A DNA stretch of 64,000 nucleotides from an uncultured Acidimicrobiia bacterium (GCA_963801105.1 CAWDDH010000003.1:2992235-3056234), one strand, 5' to 3'; shown: positions 39,061 through 49,897, counted from the stretch's first letter. A program made the numbers and translations. Notes: a model not told the origin generated them from the letters alone.

Positions 39061-40133
39061 GTGGACTTCGAGTTCAGCGAGGACCAGGAGCTGCTGCGCG
39101 ACTCCGTCCGCCGGTTCCTCGCCGACCGGGCCCCCCTCCCCGCCGTCCGGGCCGTGCTCGACGCGCCCGCGGTCCTCGACGACGCGTGGCGCGGGCTCGC
39201 CGACCTCGGCCTCACCGGCATGCTCGCGCCGGAATCGGCGGGCGGCGCGGGGATGGGCATGGTCGACCTCGCGCTGCCGCTCGAGGAGATGGGGCGCGCC
39301 CTGTTCCCCGGGCCCTTCGCCGCGAGCGCCGTCGGCGCGGTCGGGCTCCTGGCCGGCCTACCCGCCGACGCGGTGGCCGAGGAGTGGTTGCCCGGCCTCG
39401 CGACCGGCGAGCGCGTGGGAACCGTCGCGCTGACCGATGCCCGGACCGATCCGGTCCGCCTCGACAGCCACGGCCGGCTCCACGGGACCAAGGTGCACGT
39501 CCCCGACGGCGTGGCGGCGGACGTCCTGCTCGTCGCCACCGGCGCACCCGACCCGCCGGTCGTCGCGGTCGTGCCCGGGCAGCCCGGGGTGACGGTCAGC
39601 CCACTCGAGACCGTCGACGGGACCCGCAAGTTCGCCACGCTGACCCTGGCCGGTGTCGCCGCCCGGCCGCTCGGCGCCCGGGCCGGCGACGCGATCGCCG
39701 CGACGCGCGATCGGCTGGCCGTCGCGTTCGTGCTCGACGGCGTCGGCGCCGCTTCCGCGCGCTCGAGATGGCCCTCGAGTACGCGAAGGAGCGGGAGCAG
39801 TTCGGCAAGCCGATCGGCTCGTTCCAGGCGGTACAGCACCTCTGCGCGGACATGCTCCGCGCGGTCGAGCTGGGGCGCGCCGCTGCGTACTACGCGGCGT
39901 GGGCCTGCGACGCGGCCGACGGCGCCGAGCGCCATCGCGCGGCCACGATCGCCGCGGCCTTTGCCGCCGACGGCTTCTACCGGGTCGGCGCGACGGCCAT
40001 CCAGGTGTTCGGCGGCATCGGCTTCACCTGGGAGCACGACATCCACCTCTTCTACAAGCGGCTGCTCACGCTCCAGCAGTTTCAAGGGAGCGCGACTGAT
40101 CACCTGGAGGAGCTGGCGTCGATCGTCTTCTGA
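39061..40133 (+). pseudogene. acyl-CoA dehydrogenase family protein (beta-type subunit), interrupted by one -1 frameshift near 39755
   Basis: The N-terminal part (VDFEFSEDQELLRDSVRRFL...AVAFVLDGVGAA) is in track ORF 39034..40506. The C-terminal part (RALEMALEYAKEREQFGKPIGSFQAVQHLCADM...[17 protein letters not shown]) is in ORF 39186..40133. One base appears to be missing. Confidence 0.75.
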
Positions 40134-41406
40134 CGAGGATCGCGAGCGCGCATGCCGCGAGCACGACGATCACGGGTTCCGCGGGGACCCGGAAGCGCGT
40201 CTGTCCGTACGAGAGCAACGCGCCGACGGTCACGATCACCGGCGGGACGACCAGCGGCCAGATCGTGACCGCCCGCCGGCGCAGCAGGACCACGCCGGCG
40301 AGTGCGAGCGCCAGCAGCGGGTAGTACCACCACATGCCGACGGTGGTCAGCCAGCGCGGGCGACCTTCGGCTTCGTTGATGAAGCGCATGTCGAGCGGTC
40401 GGAACAGGCCCCAGTCGCGGCCGATGCGGGCCAGCACCACCTTCACGAACTGCGTGCGGTGACCGTCGTTGATGTAGTCGATCGCGCGCTGGCGGTAGAT
40501 GCGTGAGACGACCGACTGGTCCCCCGGCGGCGCGTGCCGGGGAATGCAACGACCGAGGTTCGTGAGCCCGATCGCGTTCCCGAAGAAGACCTCGTCACAC
40601 GTCGACCCCAGGATCGCGATCCCGTCGTTGGTCGAGATGAAGGTCGGGTCCTCGAAGCGACTCAGGTTGAAGCCCACCCAGGGGCCCACCACCACCACCG
40701 TGCCGACCGCCACGAGCGCGAGGGCCGTGAGGCGCATCCGCAGGTTGCGCGGGCGCCAGGACCAGAGCAACGGGATGCCGAGCAGGGGCGCGAGCAGGAT
40801 CAACTCGGCGCGGGCGAGCGCGGCGACACCACACACCAGACCGAGCGCCACCGCCCGTCCCCGCGACGGGTGCTCCCGGAGCTGGAGTGTGAGCAGGAGC
40901 GCGCCCACGACCGCCGTGACCGCGAGCGTCTCGGACATGATCAGCGTGTCGTTGACCCACAGGTAGGGGTACAGCGCGGCGATGACCGCGGCGACGATGC
41001 CCGCCGTCTCCCCCGCCAACCGCCGAGCGAGGAATGCCATCAGGACGATCCCGAACAGCCCGATGAACATCATCTCGAAGCGCACCGCGAGCTGGGTCGT
41101 CGACTCCGCGAGCCCGAGCCGATCGCCGGTCGCGATCACCGGCAGGATCGTGAAGACGGTCAGCGGCGGATGGTCTGCGGCCGGCAGCGAGCGGTGCGGG
41201 TGGCCGGGCAGGAACTGGAACGGATCGTTGTAGCCGTGACCCTTGCCGAGCTGGCGGGCCTGCAGCTCGTAGTACCCGGCGTCGTAGAACGAGTTCGTGT
41301 CGTGACGGGCGACGGTGAGGATGAACGCCGTACGCACGCCGGCGGCGAGCACGAGGGCCAGGAGGACTGCCGTCCGGAAGCGGTGCGATGGACGCGGCAG
41401 CGGCAC
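40066..41406 (-). CDS. GT-C-type membrane glycosyltransferase (ArnT/PMT-like)
   Basis: Track ORF 40066..41406. It has a first-loop FYDAGYYELQA motif and about 11 TM segments. Its 3' end overlaps the convergent ACAD gene by 68 nt. Confidence 0.65.
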   Translation of the reverse strand: MPLPRPSHRFRTAVLLALVLAAGVRTAFILTVARHDTNSFYDAGYYELQARQLGKGHGYNDPFQFLPGHPHRSLPAADHPPLTVFTILPVIATGDRLGLAESTTQLAVRFEMMFIGLFGIVLMAFLARRLAGETAGIVAAVIAALYPYLWVNDTLIMSETLAVTAVVGALLLTLQLREHPSRGRAVALGLVCGVAALARAELILLAPLLGIPLLWSWRPRNLRMRLTALALVAVGTVVVVGPWVGFNLSRFEDPTFISTNDGIAILGSTCDEVFFGNAIGLTNLGRCIPRHAPPGDQSVVSRIYRQRAIDYINDGHRTQFVKVVLARIGRDWGLFRPLDMRFINEAEGRPRWLTTVGMWWYYPLLALALAGVVLLRRRAVTIWPLVVPPVIVTVGALLSYGQTRFRVPAEPVIVVLAACALAILVRRRSTPAPPGDQSRSLETAGA

Positions 41407-41416
41407 CGGGTCGACG

Positions 41417-42614
41417 CTAGCTGCGACGCGTCAACAGCAGCGCGCCCGCCAGCGGTCCGCCACCGGCGCAGGCCACCCCCACCTCCGGGTCGCCGGGCAC
41501 CTGGCGCGCCCCGCCTTCGCCCCAGAGCTGCACACACGCCTCGTGCAGGAACCCGTAGCCGTGCAGGCGCCCCGCCGACAGCTGGCCGCCGTGCGTGTTC
41601 AACGGCAGGATGCCACCGTCGCGGGCGATGTTGGCCCCGCCCTCGACGAACGCGCCGGACTCACCGTGACCGCAGAAGCCCATCGCCTCGAGCCACGCCA
41701 TGGTGATGAACGAGAAACCGTCGTACATCTCCGCGAGCTGCACGTCGGCCGGCGTGAGGTCCGTGCGGGTCCAGAGCTGGGCGCCGGCGTCGCGACAGGC
41801 CATCGTCGTGAGGTCGTCGAACTGGTCCCAACTCGGACGGCCCCGGAGCGCGGTCCCGACCGCCTCGACGTGAACCGGCGGCCGGCGCAGGTCGGGGATC
41901 GTGTCGACGTGCGAGACGATCACCGCCGTCCCCCCGTCGCACGGGACGTCGCAGTCGTAGAGGCACAGCGGCGAGGAGATCATCCGGATCCCGAGGTAGT
42001 CCTCCATCGTCATCGGGTCGGTGTAGATCGCCTTCGGGTTCAGCGCCGCGTTCTTGCGGGCGTTGAGCGCGATCTGTGCGAGCTGCTCGCGCGTCGTGCC
42101 GAACTCGTGGAAGTGCCGCTGGGCCATCGAGCGCGATCCACGGCGCGGCCGACGGAGCGGCGAACGGAAGGGTCCACTCCATGAAGCCGGTCGCCTTGAA
42201 GCCACCACCGCCACCACCCGGCATCGCCGCGGCGCGGCCCTTGTCGCCCTGGGCGCTGCCCTCGAAGACGCTGCGGAAGCACAGGACGTGCGTCGCGAGC
42301 CCGGCGGCGACCGCGAGGCATGCGTCGATCACCGAGCCGAGCTGGCCGGGCAGCTCGATCCCTCCGGTCCACCACCCGATCTCGAGACGCAGTGCGTCCT
42401 GCACGTCGACCACGCCGGCCCCGCTGAACCCCGGCGGCATGCCCATCGGCCCCGGATAGGTCGCGATGCCGTCGATGTCGGCCGTCGTGAGTCCGGCGTC
42501 ATCGATGGCGGCCAGGCACGCGTCGAGCGTGAGCTCGAGCGGATCGCGGTGGAGGCGCCGCCCGACATCGGACTGGCCGACACCGCTGATGACGGTCATC
42601 GACTCGGGCTTCAT
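41417..42614 (-). pseudogene. thiolase-like lipid-transfer protein (Ltp/SCP-x-type, non-acetyl-CoA thiolase), interrupted by one +1 frameshift near 42128
   Basis: The N-terminal part (MKPESMTVISGVGQSDVGRR...FAAPSAAPWIAL) is in track ORF 41661..43052. The rest (MAQRHFHEFGTTREQLAQIALNARKNAALNP...NTHGGQLSAGRLHG) is in ORF 41417..42217. The ATG makes an ATGA overlap with the DUF35 stop. Confidence 0.75.
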
Positions 42615-43052
42615 GCGGACTCCGGCACGAACAGCGGGATGAAGACATCGCCGTCGGGATCGGGGTGGCGCTCGAACACGACCCGCATCGGCATCCCGAT
42701 CCGCAGATCCTCCGGCGCGCACCCGAGCGACATTCGTCGTCAGGCGCAGGCCGTCCTGCTCGGGGAGCTCGACGATCGCGATGACGTAGGGCAGCTCCGG
42801 CCCCGGCATCCACGGCTGGTGGTTCACCGTGTAGGTGTGCAAGGTCGCGGTGCCAGAAACCGCTTCGGACGCGAGCCGCTTCGAGTGGCACATCGGGCAG
42901 ATCGGCGTGGGCGGGTGGTTGTAGTAGCCGCAGTCCTGGCAGCGGAGGAAGCGCAGCTCGCCCTCGGCCCCGCCGGTCCAGAAGCCGCGGTTGAGGTCGG
43001 TCAGCCGCGGCAGGATCCGGAACGGGACCTCGGCATCGGCGTCGGTCGCCAC
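42611..43052 (-). pseudogene. DUF35 OB-fold/zinc-ribbon protein (thiolase partner), interrupted by one +1 frameshift near 42728
   Basis: The N-terminus has a Zn ribbon (LRCQDCGYYNHPPTPICPMCHS). After ...LRLTTNV the sequence continues in the next frame as LGCAPEDLRIGMPMRVVFERHPDPDGDVFIPLFVPESA, then a stop. Confidence 0.7.
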
Positions 43053-43053
43053 G

Positions 43054-43401
43054 TCAGTCGTCCTCCGGGGGCTGGGCCTCGTCGAACGCGGCCCGGGCGA
43101 TCGGGATCGCCTCGACGGCCGCGAGCATCCCGAATGCAGGGACGGTCAGCATGATCGAGCCGAGCACCTCGTCCCACTGGGCGCCGACCTCCGCCGCGAG
43201 CCGGGCGTGGCGGGTGATCCCGGCGGGATTGCGCAGCACCACCGTGCAGACGAGTCGGATCAGCTCGTGCGTCTTGCGATCGGGTGCCGGCAGCGAGTCG
43301 ATCTGACCGAGCCACGAGCTCTGCGCTCCGTGCAGCGCCGGGAACACCTCGTGCAGCGGCTCCTCGAACGGGAAGCTCCAGTCCGGCTCCTGCTCGGACA
43401 C
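43054..43401 (-). CDS. carboxymuconolactone decarboxylase (AhpD-like) family protein
   Basis: Track ORF 43054..43401. It is 115 aa and contains the string KTHELIRLVCTVVLRNPAGITRHARLA. Confidence 0.6.
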   Translation of the reverse strand: MSEQEPDWSFPFEEPLHEVFPALHGAQSSWLGQIDSLPAPDRKTHELIRLVCTVVLRNPAGITRHARLAAEVGAQWDEVLGSIMLTVPAFGMLAAVEAIPIARAAFDEAQPPEDD

Positions 43402-43404
43402 GCG

Positions 43405-43815
43405 TCAGCCTGCGGGCCGGAAGCGGACGATGGTGACGTCGTCCGAGATCGGGTGGTACTCCGCCTCGAGGGTCATGCCCTCGACGAGGTCGTCGAAGTC
43501 GCAGTCGACGACGTTCGTCATCATCCGCGGTCCCTCCTCGAGATCCACGACCGCCGCGACATAGGGCACCCGCTCGTGGAAGGGCGGGAGATCGTTCCGG
43601 CGGACGATCGACCATGTGTAGAGCGTCGCCCGGCCGCTGGCCTCGACCCACTCGACGTCCTGGCTCCAGCAGTGCGGGCAGAACGGTCGGGGGTAGAAGT
43701 GGAACTCGCTGCACGCGTTGCAGCGCTTGATGAGCAGCCGCCCCTCCCTGGCCGCGTCCCAGAACGGCTGGGTCTCGAGGTCGGGGGTCGGGAGGTCGAA
43801 GCGGACCGTGCTCAT
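43405..43815 (-). CDS. DUF35 OB-fold/zinc-ribbon protein (intact)
   Basis: Track ORF 43405..43815. It contains FWDAAREGRLLIKRCNACSEFHFYPRPFCPHCWS followed by an OB-fold region. Confidence 0.8.
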   Translation of the reverse strand: MSTVRFDLPTPDLETQPFWDAAREGRLLIKRCNACSEFHFYPRPFCPHCWSQDVEWVEASGRATLYTWSIVRRNDLPPFHERVPYVAAVVDLEEGPRMMTNVVDCDFDDLVEGMTLEAEYHPISDDVTIVRFRPAG

Positions 43816-43822
43816 CTCGACC

Positions 43823-44254
43823 TCACGCGCTCGGCGGGAGCGCCGCCACGGCGACGCCGGTCAGCTTCGCCTCGCCGGCCTGGTTGGTGACCCAGCACTC
43901 GAGGTCCACCCGGTGCTCGGGGCCCTCTTCGTACTTGCGGGCGACGGTCACGTGGGTGGTGAGCCGCTCGCCGGGCCAGGTCTGCTTGGTGAAGCGGATC
44001 TTGTAGGTCCGGAGGTTGCCCACGCCGACATAGTCGGTGATCGCCCGGCCGAGCAGCCCGGCGGTGAACATCCCGTGCCCGAAGACGCCGGGCAGACCGG
44101 CCTCCTGCGCCTTCACCTCATCGGTGTGCATCGGGTTGAAGTCGCCCGAGGCCCCCGCGTACATCACCAGATCCGTCCGGGTCAGCTCGTGGGTGCACTC
44201 GGGTGCCGAGTCCCCCTCGCTGACGTCGTCGAAGAACAGCTTCTGCTCGGCCAT
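43823..44254 (-). CDS. MaoC-like (R)-specific enoyl-CoA hydratase/dehydratase
   Basis: The start is MAEQKLFFDDV (ATG 44254). It has the hot-dog motif YAGASGDFNPMHTDEVKAQEAGLPGVFGHGM. Confidence 0.8.
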   Translation of the reverse strand: MAEQKLFFDDVSEGDSAPECTHELTRTDLVMYAGASGDFNPMHTDEVKAQEAGLPGVFGHGMFTAGLLGRAITDYVGVGNLRTYKIRFTKQTWPGERLTTHVTVARKYEEGPEHRVDLECWVTNQAGEAKLTGVAVAALPPSA

Positions 44255-44331
44255 GCCGCCCGCAGTGTTCCCGCTTCCTGACACGAACGTCAACTCATCC
44301 GTGCGGCCCGGCCCCGACACGCGGGATGGGG

Positions 44332-46503
44332 CTACGGGTCCTTCGGGAGGCCGAGCACCCGCTCGCCGATGATGTTGCGCTGGATCTCGCTGGTGCCGCC
44401 GGCGATGGTGAGGTTGCGGGTGAAGAGGAACTGCTCGGACCACATCGCGGCCGGACCGTCGGCGACGGCACCCGCGGCACCGAACAGCGCGAGCCCCACC
44501 TCCTGGACGCGCTGGTCGTGCTCCACGCCGAGCAGCTTGCGCACCGAGGCCTCGGAACCCGACGGGTCCGCACCGCCGAGGGCCGACAGCATCAGCCGGA
44601 AGCCGAGCACCGACAGCGCGTAGTCCCGGGCAACGAGCTCGCCGACGTCCGCGAGCGTGGCGGTGTCGTCCTCGAGCCCGTGCTCCCGGACGAGGTCCAG
44701 CACGCCGCGCACCCCACGCCCGAGCGTCGCGCCGCTGCCCATGGAGACCCGCTCGTTCGCGAGCGATGTGCGCGTGGCGCGCCAGCCGTCGTGCTCCCGC
44801 CCGACCAGACAGTCCTCCGGCACGAACACGTCGTCGAAGAAGACCTCGTTGAAGAACGCGTGGCCCGTGAGCTCGCGCAGAGGGCGGATGTCGATGCCGG
44901 GCGTCGACATGTCGAGCATGAAGAACGAGATGCCCTCGTGCTTGGGCACCTCGGGATCAGTCCGTGCGAGCAGGATTCCCCAGTCGGCCTCCTTGGCCAT
45001 CGAGGTCCATACCTTCTGCCCGTTGACGATCCAGCCGCCGTCCACCCGCTCGGCCTTCGTCGCCAGAGCGGCGAGATCCGAGCCGGCGCCCGGTTCGCTG
45101 AAGAGCTGGCACCAGGAGATCTCGCCCTGCAGCGTGGGCGGGATCCACCGATGCTGCTGTTCCTCGGTGCCGTAGACCATCAGCGGCGGCAGCGCCCAGC
45201 CCCCGATCATCAGCGTCGGCCGCACGACCTTCGCGGCGCGGAACTCCGCGTCGATCACCAGTTGTGCGACCGCGTCGGCGTCGCGCCCCCAGGGCTCGGG
45301 CCACTGCGGCGCGAGGTAGCCGGCGTCGGCCAGCGCGCGCCGGCGGGCCACGTCGTCGAGCCCGTCCAGCGAGGCGATGAACTGGCGTACCTCGGCGCGC
45401 AGCACCTCCGCCTCCTCGGGCAGGTCGACGGCCAGACGCCGCACCGCGCCGCCCATCGCCTCCCGTGCGGAGCGCACCCGCGGGCCGGTGGACGTCCCGA
45501 GCAGCGCGCGGGCGGCGATCGCGCGCCGCAGGTAGACGTGCGCGTCGTGCTCCCAGGTGAACCCGATCCCGCCCAGCACCTGCACGCAGTCCTTCGCCGT
45601 CTCGAACGCGGCGTCGATCGTCAGCGCCGCCGCGGCCGCGGCGGTGAATCCACGCGTATCGGGATCCTCGGCGGCGCGGGCGGCGTCCCACACCGCCGCG
45701 CGTGCGAGCTCCGTGCGCGCGGTCATGTTGGCGCAGCGGTGCTTGACCCCCTGGAACTGCCCGATCGGCCGGCCGAACTGCCGGCGATCGCGGGCGTACT
45801 CCGCCGCCGTGTCCACGCACCACTGCGACGCCCCGACCAGCTCGGCCCCGAAGAGCACCGCGGCGAGATCCCGGACCCGCGCGGCGGAGAGTGCCGGGAG
45901 GAGGCGCGACCGCGCGACCGTCGCGTCCACCGTCACCTCGGCGACCCGACGCGTCCGGTCGACCGAGGGCAGCTCGCGGGCCTCGAACTCACCGTCGAGC
46001 AGCACGATCCACCCCTGCCCGGTGTCCGCCACCACCAGCTCCGCGAGATGACCGGAGAGCACGGGAGTCACCGTCCCCACCACCGCGAGCCGACCGTCGA
46101 CGTCCGAGACCTCGACCGAACCCGTCAGTGCGACGGTCCCGACGAACCCGCAGGCCGCGAGGCCGGAAAGGAACTCCGCCGCGTGATCGTCGCCCGCGTC
46201 GACCGCGGCCTGCAGCGCCGCGGCGGCGAGCGCGTGACCGAGGAACGGCCCGGGCGCGCCGGCCCGACCCAGCTCCTCGAGGACGACCGCGAGCTCGACG
46301 AGCCCGGCGCCCTCCCCCGCGTGCTCCTCCGCGACGTGGATACCTGGCCAGCCCTGGCCGGCCAGCTCCTGCCAGAACACGGGCAGCGTCTCGTACGGAG
46401 CGTCGAGCAGCGCGCGCGGCACGGCGGGCGGACAGTGCCGCTCGACCCACCCGCGCACGGCGCGGTGCAGCTCCTGGTGCTCGTCCATGATCCCGATCGC
46501 CAT
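44332..46503 (-). CDS. fused two-module acyl-CoA dehydrogenase (beta-like N-half plus alpha-like C-half), 723 aa
   Basis: Track ORF 44332..46503. The N-half parallels 39061..40133 (…[25 protein letters not shown]…[17 protein letters not shown]). The C-half parallels 37778..38971 ([21 protein letters not shown]…[17 protein letters not shown]…[17 protein letters not shown]). Confidence 0.85.
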   Translation of the reverse strand: MAIGIMDEHQELHRAVRGWVERHCPPAVPRALLDAPYETLPVFWQELAGQGWPGIHVAEEHAGEGAGLVELAVVLEELGRAGAPGPFLGHALAAAALQAAVDAGDDHAAEFLSGLAACGFVGTVALTGSVEVSDVDGRLAVVGTVTPVLSGHLAELVVADTGQGWIVLLDGEFEARELPSVDRTRRVAEVTVDATVARSRLLPALSAARVRDLAAVLFGAELVGASQWCVDTAAEYARDRRQFGRPIGQFQGVKHRCANMTARTELARAAVWDAARAAEDPDTRGFTAAAAAALTIDAAFETAKDCVQVLGGIGFTWEHDAHVYLRRAIAARALLGTSTGPRVRSAREAMGGAVRRLAVDLPEEAEVLRAEVRQFIASLDGLDDVARRRALADAGYLAPQWPEPWGRDADAVAQLVIDAEFRAAKVVRPTLMIGGWALPPLMVYGTEEQQHRWIPPTLQGEISWCQLFSEPGAGSDLAALATKAERVDGGWIVNGQKVWTSMAKEADWGILLARTDPEVPKHEGISFFMLDMSTPGIDIRPLRELTGHAFFNEVFFDDVFVPEDCLVGREHDGWRATRTSLANERVSMGSGATLGRGVRGVLDLVREHGLEDDTATLADVGELVARDYALSVLGFRLMLSALGGADPSGSEASVRKLLGVEHDQRVQEVGLALFGAAGAVADGPAAMWSEQFLFTRNLTIAGGTSEIQRNIIGERVLGLPKDP

Positions 46504-46531
46504 GGGCCCGGATCGTACGGTCCGCGCGTGC

Positions 46532-46552
46532 GATCTGACGATCCGTCAGATC
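46532..46552. promoter_or_regulatory. inverted repeat GATCTGACG-ATC-CGTCAGATC in the divergent gap between fused ACAD and amidohydrolase (candidate operator)
   Basis: Read directly: 9-bp perfect arms and a 3-nt spacer, with core CTGAC-N5-GTCAG. Confidence 0.55.
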
Positions 46553-46595
46553 CGCGTAGGCTCGGCGCGATCGCGACCAGCGCCCAGGGGAACCC

Positions 46596-48322
46596 ATGAC
46601 CGATCTCGTCATCACCGGAGGAACACTCGTCGACGGCACCGGCGCCGCGCCGAGGACGGCCGACGTCGCGGTCGACGACGGTCGCATCACCGAGGTCGCC
46701 GACGCCGGTGCGCTCGCAGGCACGAGCGCCGACCGGACGATCGACGCCGACGGCCTGCTCGTGACCCCGGGCTTCGTGGACATCCACACCCACTTCGACG
46801 GCCAGATCACCTGGGACCCGCTCCTCACGCCGTCCTGCTGGCACGGCGTCACCACCGTCGTCTTCGGCAACTGCGGCGTCGGCTTCGCCCCGGCCCGCCC
46901 CGACAAGCACGACTGGCTCATCGGCCTGATGGAGGGCGTCGAGGACATCCCCGGCGCCGCGCTCTCCGAGGGCATCCAGTGGGGCTGGGAGTCCTACCCC
47001 GAGTACCTCGACGCGGTCGACCGGGTCCCGAAGTCGCTCGACGTCGGCTCGCAGGTCCCGCACGGTGCCGTGCGCGCCTACGTGATGGGCGACCGCGGCG
47101 CGAAGAACGAGCCGGCGACCGCGGACGACATCGCGGCCATGGCCGGAATCGTGCGCGACGCAATCGCGGCCGGCGCGCTCGGCGTGTCGACGTCACGCAC
47201 GATCGCGCACATGGCCATCGACGGCGAGCCCGTGCCCGGCACCTTCGCGGCCGAGGACGAGCTGTTCGGCATCGGTCGCGCGCTGGCCGACGCGGGCGGA
47301 GGGATCTTCGAGCTCGCCCCCGCCGGTGCGCTCGGCGAGGACCTCGCCGCCCCCGACCGCGAGATGGACTGGATGCGCCGGCTCTCCGCGGCGATCGGGC
47401 GGCCGGTGAGCTTCGCCCTCACCCAGAACGACCACGACCCCGACAGCTGGCGGCGCATGCTCGAGCTCGCGGGACGAGGCCCGCGCCGAGGGCGCGCAGG
47501 TCCGCCCGCAGGTCGCCGGCCGTCCCGTCACGCTGCTGCTCGGGATTCGAGACCTTCCACCCGTTCGCGTACTGCCCGAGCTGGGCCGAGATCGGCCTGC
47601 TCGCGGTCCCCGAACGCGTCGCCCGGTTGCGCGTCGACGCCGGCCTGCGCGCCCGCCTCGTCACCGAGGCCTCCACCCCCGATCCCGCGATGCTGCAGTT
47701 CCTCGACCCGGCCAAGGCCTTCCCGCTCGGCGATCCGCCCAACTACGAGCCCGACCCGTCCGAGAGCATCGCGGCACGCGCGGCTGCCACCGGCCGCAAC
47801 GTCTACGAGCTCTACCTCGACCTCCTCATGGAGAACGACGGGCGGGCGCTCGTGATGCGACCGCTGCTCAACTACACCGACGCCAACCTCGACGCGGTGC
47901 GCGAGATGCTGCTGCACCCGACGAGCGCCTGGGGTCTCGGCGACGGCGGTGCGCACTGCGGCACCACGTGCGACGCGTCCACGCCGACGTTCATGCTGAG
48001 CCACTGGGCCCGCGACCGCACGCGCGAGCAACTGCCCGTCGAATGGGTCGTGCGCAAGATGACCTCCGAGACGGCCTCGCTCTACGGCCTCGGCGACCGA
48101 GGCACCGTGGCACCGGGCCTGCGTGCCGACCTCAACGTGATCGACCACGGCGGGCTGCGCCTGCATGCTCCCGAGATGGTCTATGACCTTCCGGGTGGCG
48201 CCCGGCGGTTCATCCAGAAAGCCGACGGCTACGTCGCCACGGTCGTCGCCGGCGAGGTGACCTTCGAGCACGGCGAGGACACCGGTGCCCGGCCGGGCGC
48301 GCTCATCCGCGGCGCCCGCTGA
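46596..48322 (+). pseudogene. N-acyl-D-amino-acid deacylase family amidohydrolase (paralog of 34469..36142), interrupted by two +1 frameshifts near 47472 and 47545
   Basis: The N-terminal 290 aa are in track ORF 46596..47855 ([22 protein letters not shown] ... WRRMLELA). About 24 codons follow in the next frame (DEARAEGAQVRPQVAGRPVTLLLG). The rest is in ORF 46487..48322 (FETFHPFAY...GLGDGGAHCG...). Confidence 0.8.
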
Positions 48323-49670
48323 CCTTCTCGATCTCGACGCCGCAGTTCCCGGGCGGCAACGGCGCGCCGGCGTCGGCACGACGCTGCACGAGTCGTCGCA
48401 GCGCGGCCAGGTCGCGTGCGCCCCGCTCGTCGGCGGCTCCGTCGGCGAGGATGGGCGGGGCGGCGGTGACGGCCGCGTCGCCCTGGAGCAGAGTCGGGAC
48501 CGGGCCGCGGTGCTCCCGGAGGCGGACGCGCGTCAGCGCGATGTCGGTGCTCAGCGCGCACTGCTCCTCGTCGAGGTCGAGCAGCACGTCTGCGGCGCGC
48601 ATGTAGCCGTAGTCGATCGAGGCGGCGATCAGCTCCGGGTCGATCGTCAGCGCGTCGTGGACATCGAACTCCGGGACGATGACCGTCACGCGCCGGCCCC
48701 AGCCCCGCGGCGGGTCGATCTCCTTGCGGAGGATCTCATCGGGCCCGATGTCGGCGGTCACGCGGCGCGCGATGTCGAACAGGCCCCGGTCGCTCGCGTC
48801 ACTCCACTCGTCCACGCCCGGTGCCGACGCGACGACCGCGAAGATGTGACCCGCGCCGAGCCGGCCGAACGCGAGCGACAGCGGCAGGATCTCGCGCACC
48901 CCTCCGTCGACGTAGGTCTCGTCGCCCATCCGTGTCGGCGGGAAGACGACCGGGATGGAGGCGGACGCGAGGACCGCGTCGTGGAGCGATACCGGCTCCC
49001 GGTCGATCGGCGTGCCGTCGCGCTCGGACATCCGACCCAGCTCGTCGACATAGTGCAGCTCGCCGCTCTCGAGGCTGACCGCGCCGACGCGCAACGTGAG
49101 CCCGGACGCGGCGACCTTGGCCGGATCGATCGAGCCCTCGACGATCGCGCGCACGGGGTCCATACGCAGCAGCGACTTCGCGCGCATTGCCTGGCGCAAC
49201 GCGTCGACGGTGCCGTCGGCCTCGGGGGGATTCCGCACGATCTCGCCCAGCATCCGCATCACGACCCGTGCCTGGCTCCCCGCGGTGCCGTGCTCACCGG
49301 CCCGGCCGCGCAGCTCCGAGGCCCACGTGACCTGTGAACGGAGCTTGTCGAGCCACGGCTCGGTGAGCCACATGTCCGAGTTCGACGCGAGCCCGCGCCA
49401 GATGGCCTCGAGCTCGTCGATCGCGCGGGTGCCGGACTCCTCGTCGTCGCCCTCCGCGAGCTTGGCCGCGATGATCGCCCCGACCGAGCTGCCCACGAGG
49501 ATCGCGGGGCGGACGTTCAGGTCGTCGTAGAGGTAGCGCAGGACGCCGACCTCGAAGCTGCCCTGGGAGCCCCCGCCGCTCAGGACGAACGCGATCGGAC
49601 GGCGGGCGAGGCGGCGCCGCAGGTTCGTGCGCGCCGCGCGCACGATGCGGGTGACGTCGAGCTCCGCCAT
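48303..49670 (-). CDS. patatin-like phospholipase family protein
   Basis: Track ORF 48303..49670. It has the oxyanion motif LSGGGSQGSFEVG, the nucleophile elbow GSSVG, and the catalytic Asp context YVDGGV. A C-terminal region of about 150 aa has no family I recognise. Confidence 0.8.
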   Translation of the reverse strand: MAELDVTRIVRAARTNLRRRLARRPIAFVLSGGGSQGSFEVGVLRYLYDDLNVRPAILVGSSVGAIIAAKLAEGDDEESGTRAIDELEAIWRGLASNSDMWLTEPWLDKLRSQVTWASELRGRAGEHGTAGSQARVVMRMLGEIVRNPPEADGTVDALRQAMRAKSLLRMDPVRAIVEGSIDPAKVAASGLTLRVGAVSLESGELHYVDELGRMSERDGTPIDREPVSLHDAVLASASIPVVFPPTRMGDETYVDGGVREILPLSLAFGRLGAGHIFAVVASAPGVDEWSDASDRGLFDIARRVTADIGPDEILRKEIDPPRGWGRRVTVIVPEFDVHDALTIDPELIAASIDYGYMRAADVLLDLDEEQCALSTDIALTRVRLREHRGPVPTLLQGDAAVTAAPPILADGAADERGARDLAALRRLVQRRADAGAPLPPGNCGVEIEKVSGRRG

Positions 49671-49687
49671 CCGGCGGCCTCCGGTGG

Positions 49688-49897
49688 TCAGACGATCTTC
49701 TCGCCGTCACGGAACACCGTGATGGCCTGGGTCGGACAGCCCTGCGCGGCGAGGAGGATCTTGTCCTCCGGCTCCCCCGCCGGGTCCACGACGATGGCGA
49801 TACCGTCGTCGTCCAGGTCGAAGACGCCCGGCGCCCAGAACGAGCAGTTCCCGGACCCCATGCAGACGTCCCGGTTGATGTCGATCGTCAATGCCAC
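49688..49897 (-). CDS. small ferredoxin (single [3Fe-4S]/[4Fe-4S] cluster type, P450-partner-like)
   Basis: It is 69 aa, with CMGSGNC...CP cluster ligands. This is the typical actinobacterial Fdx layout. Confidence 0.8.
   Translation of the reverse strand: MALTIDINRDVCMGSGNCSFWAPGVFDLDDDGIAIVVDPAGEPEDKILLAAQGCPTQAITVFRDGEKIV

Noticed and set aside
48303-49670. Patatin-like phospholipase as a CBASS or other anti-phage effector.
   Set aside because: No cyclase/CD-NTase, cyclic-nucleotide sensor domain, E1/E2/JAB or other defence partner lies nearby. The neighbours are a ferredoxin, a lipoprotein and amidohydrolases.
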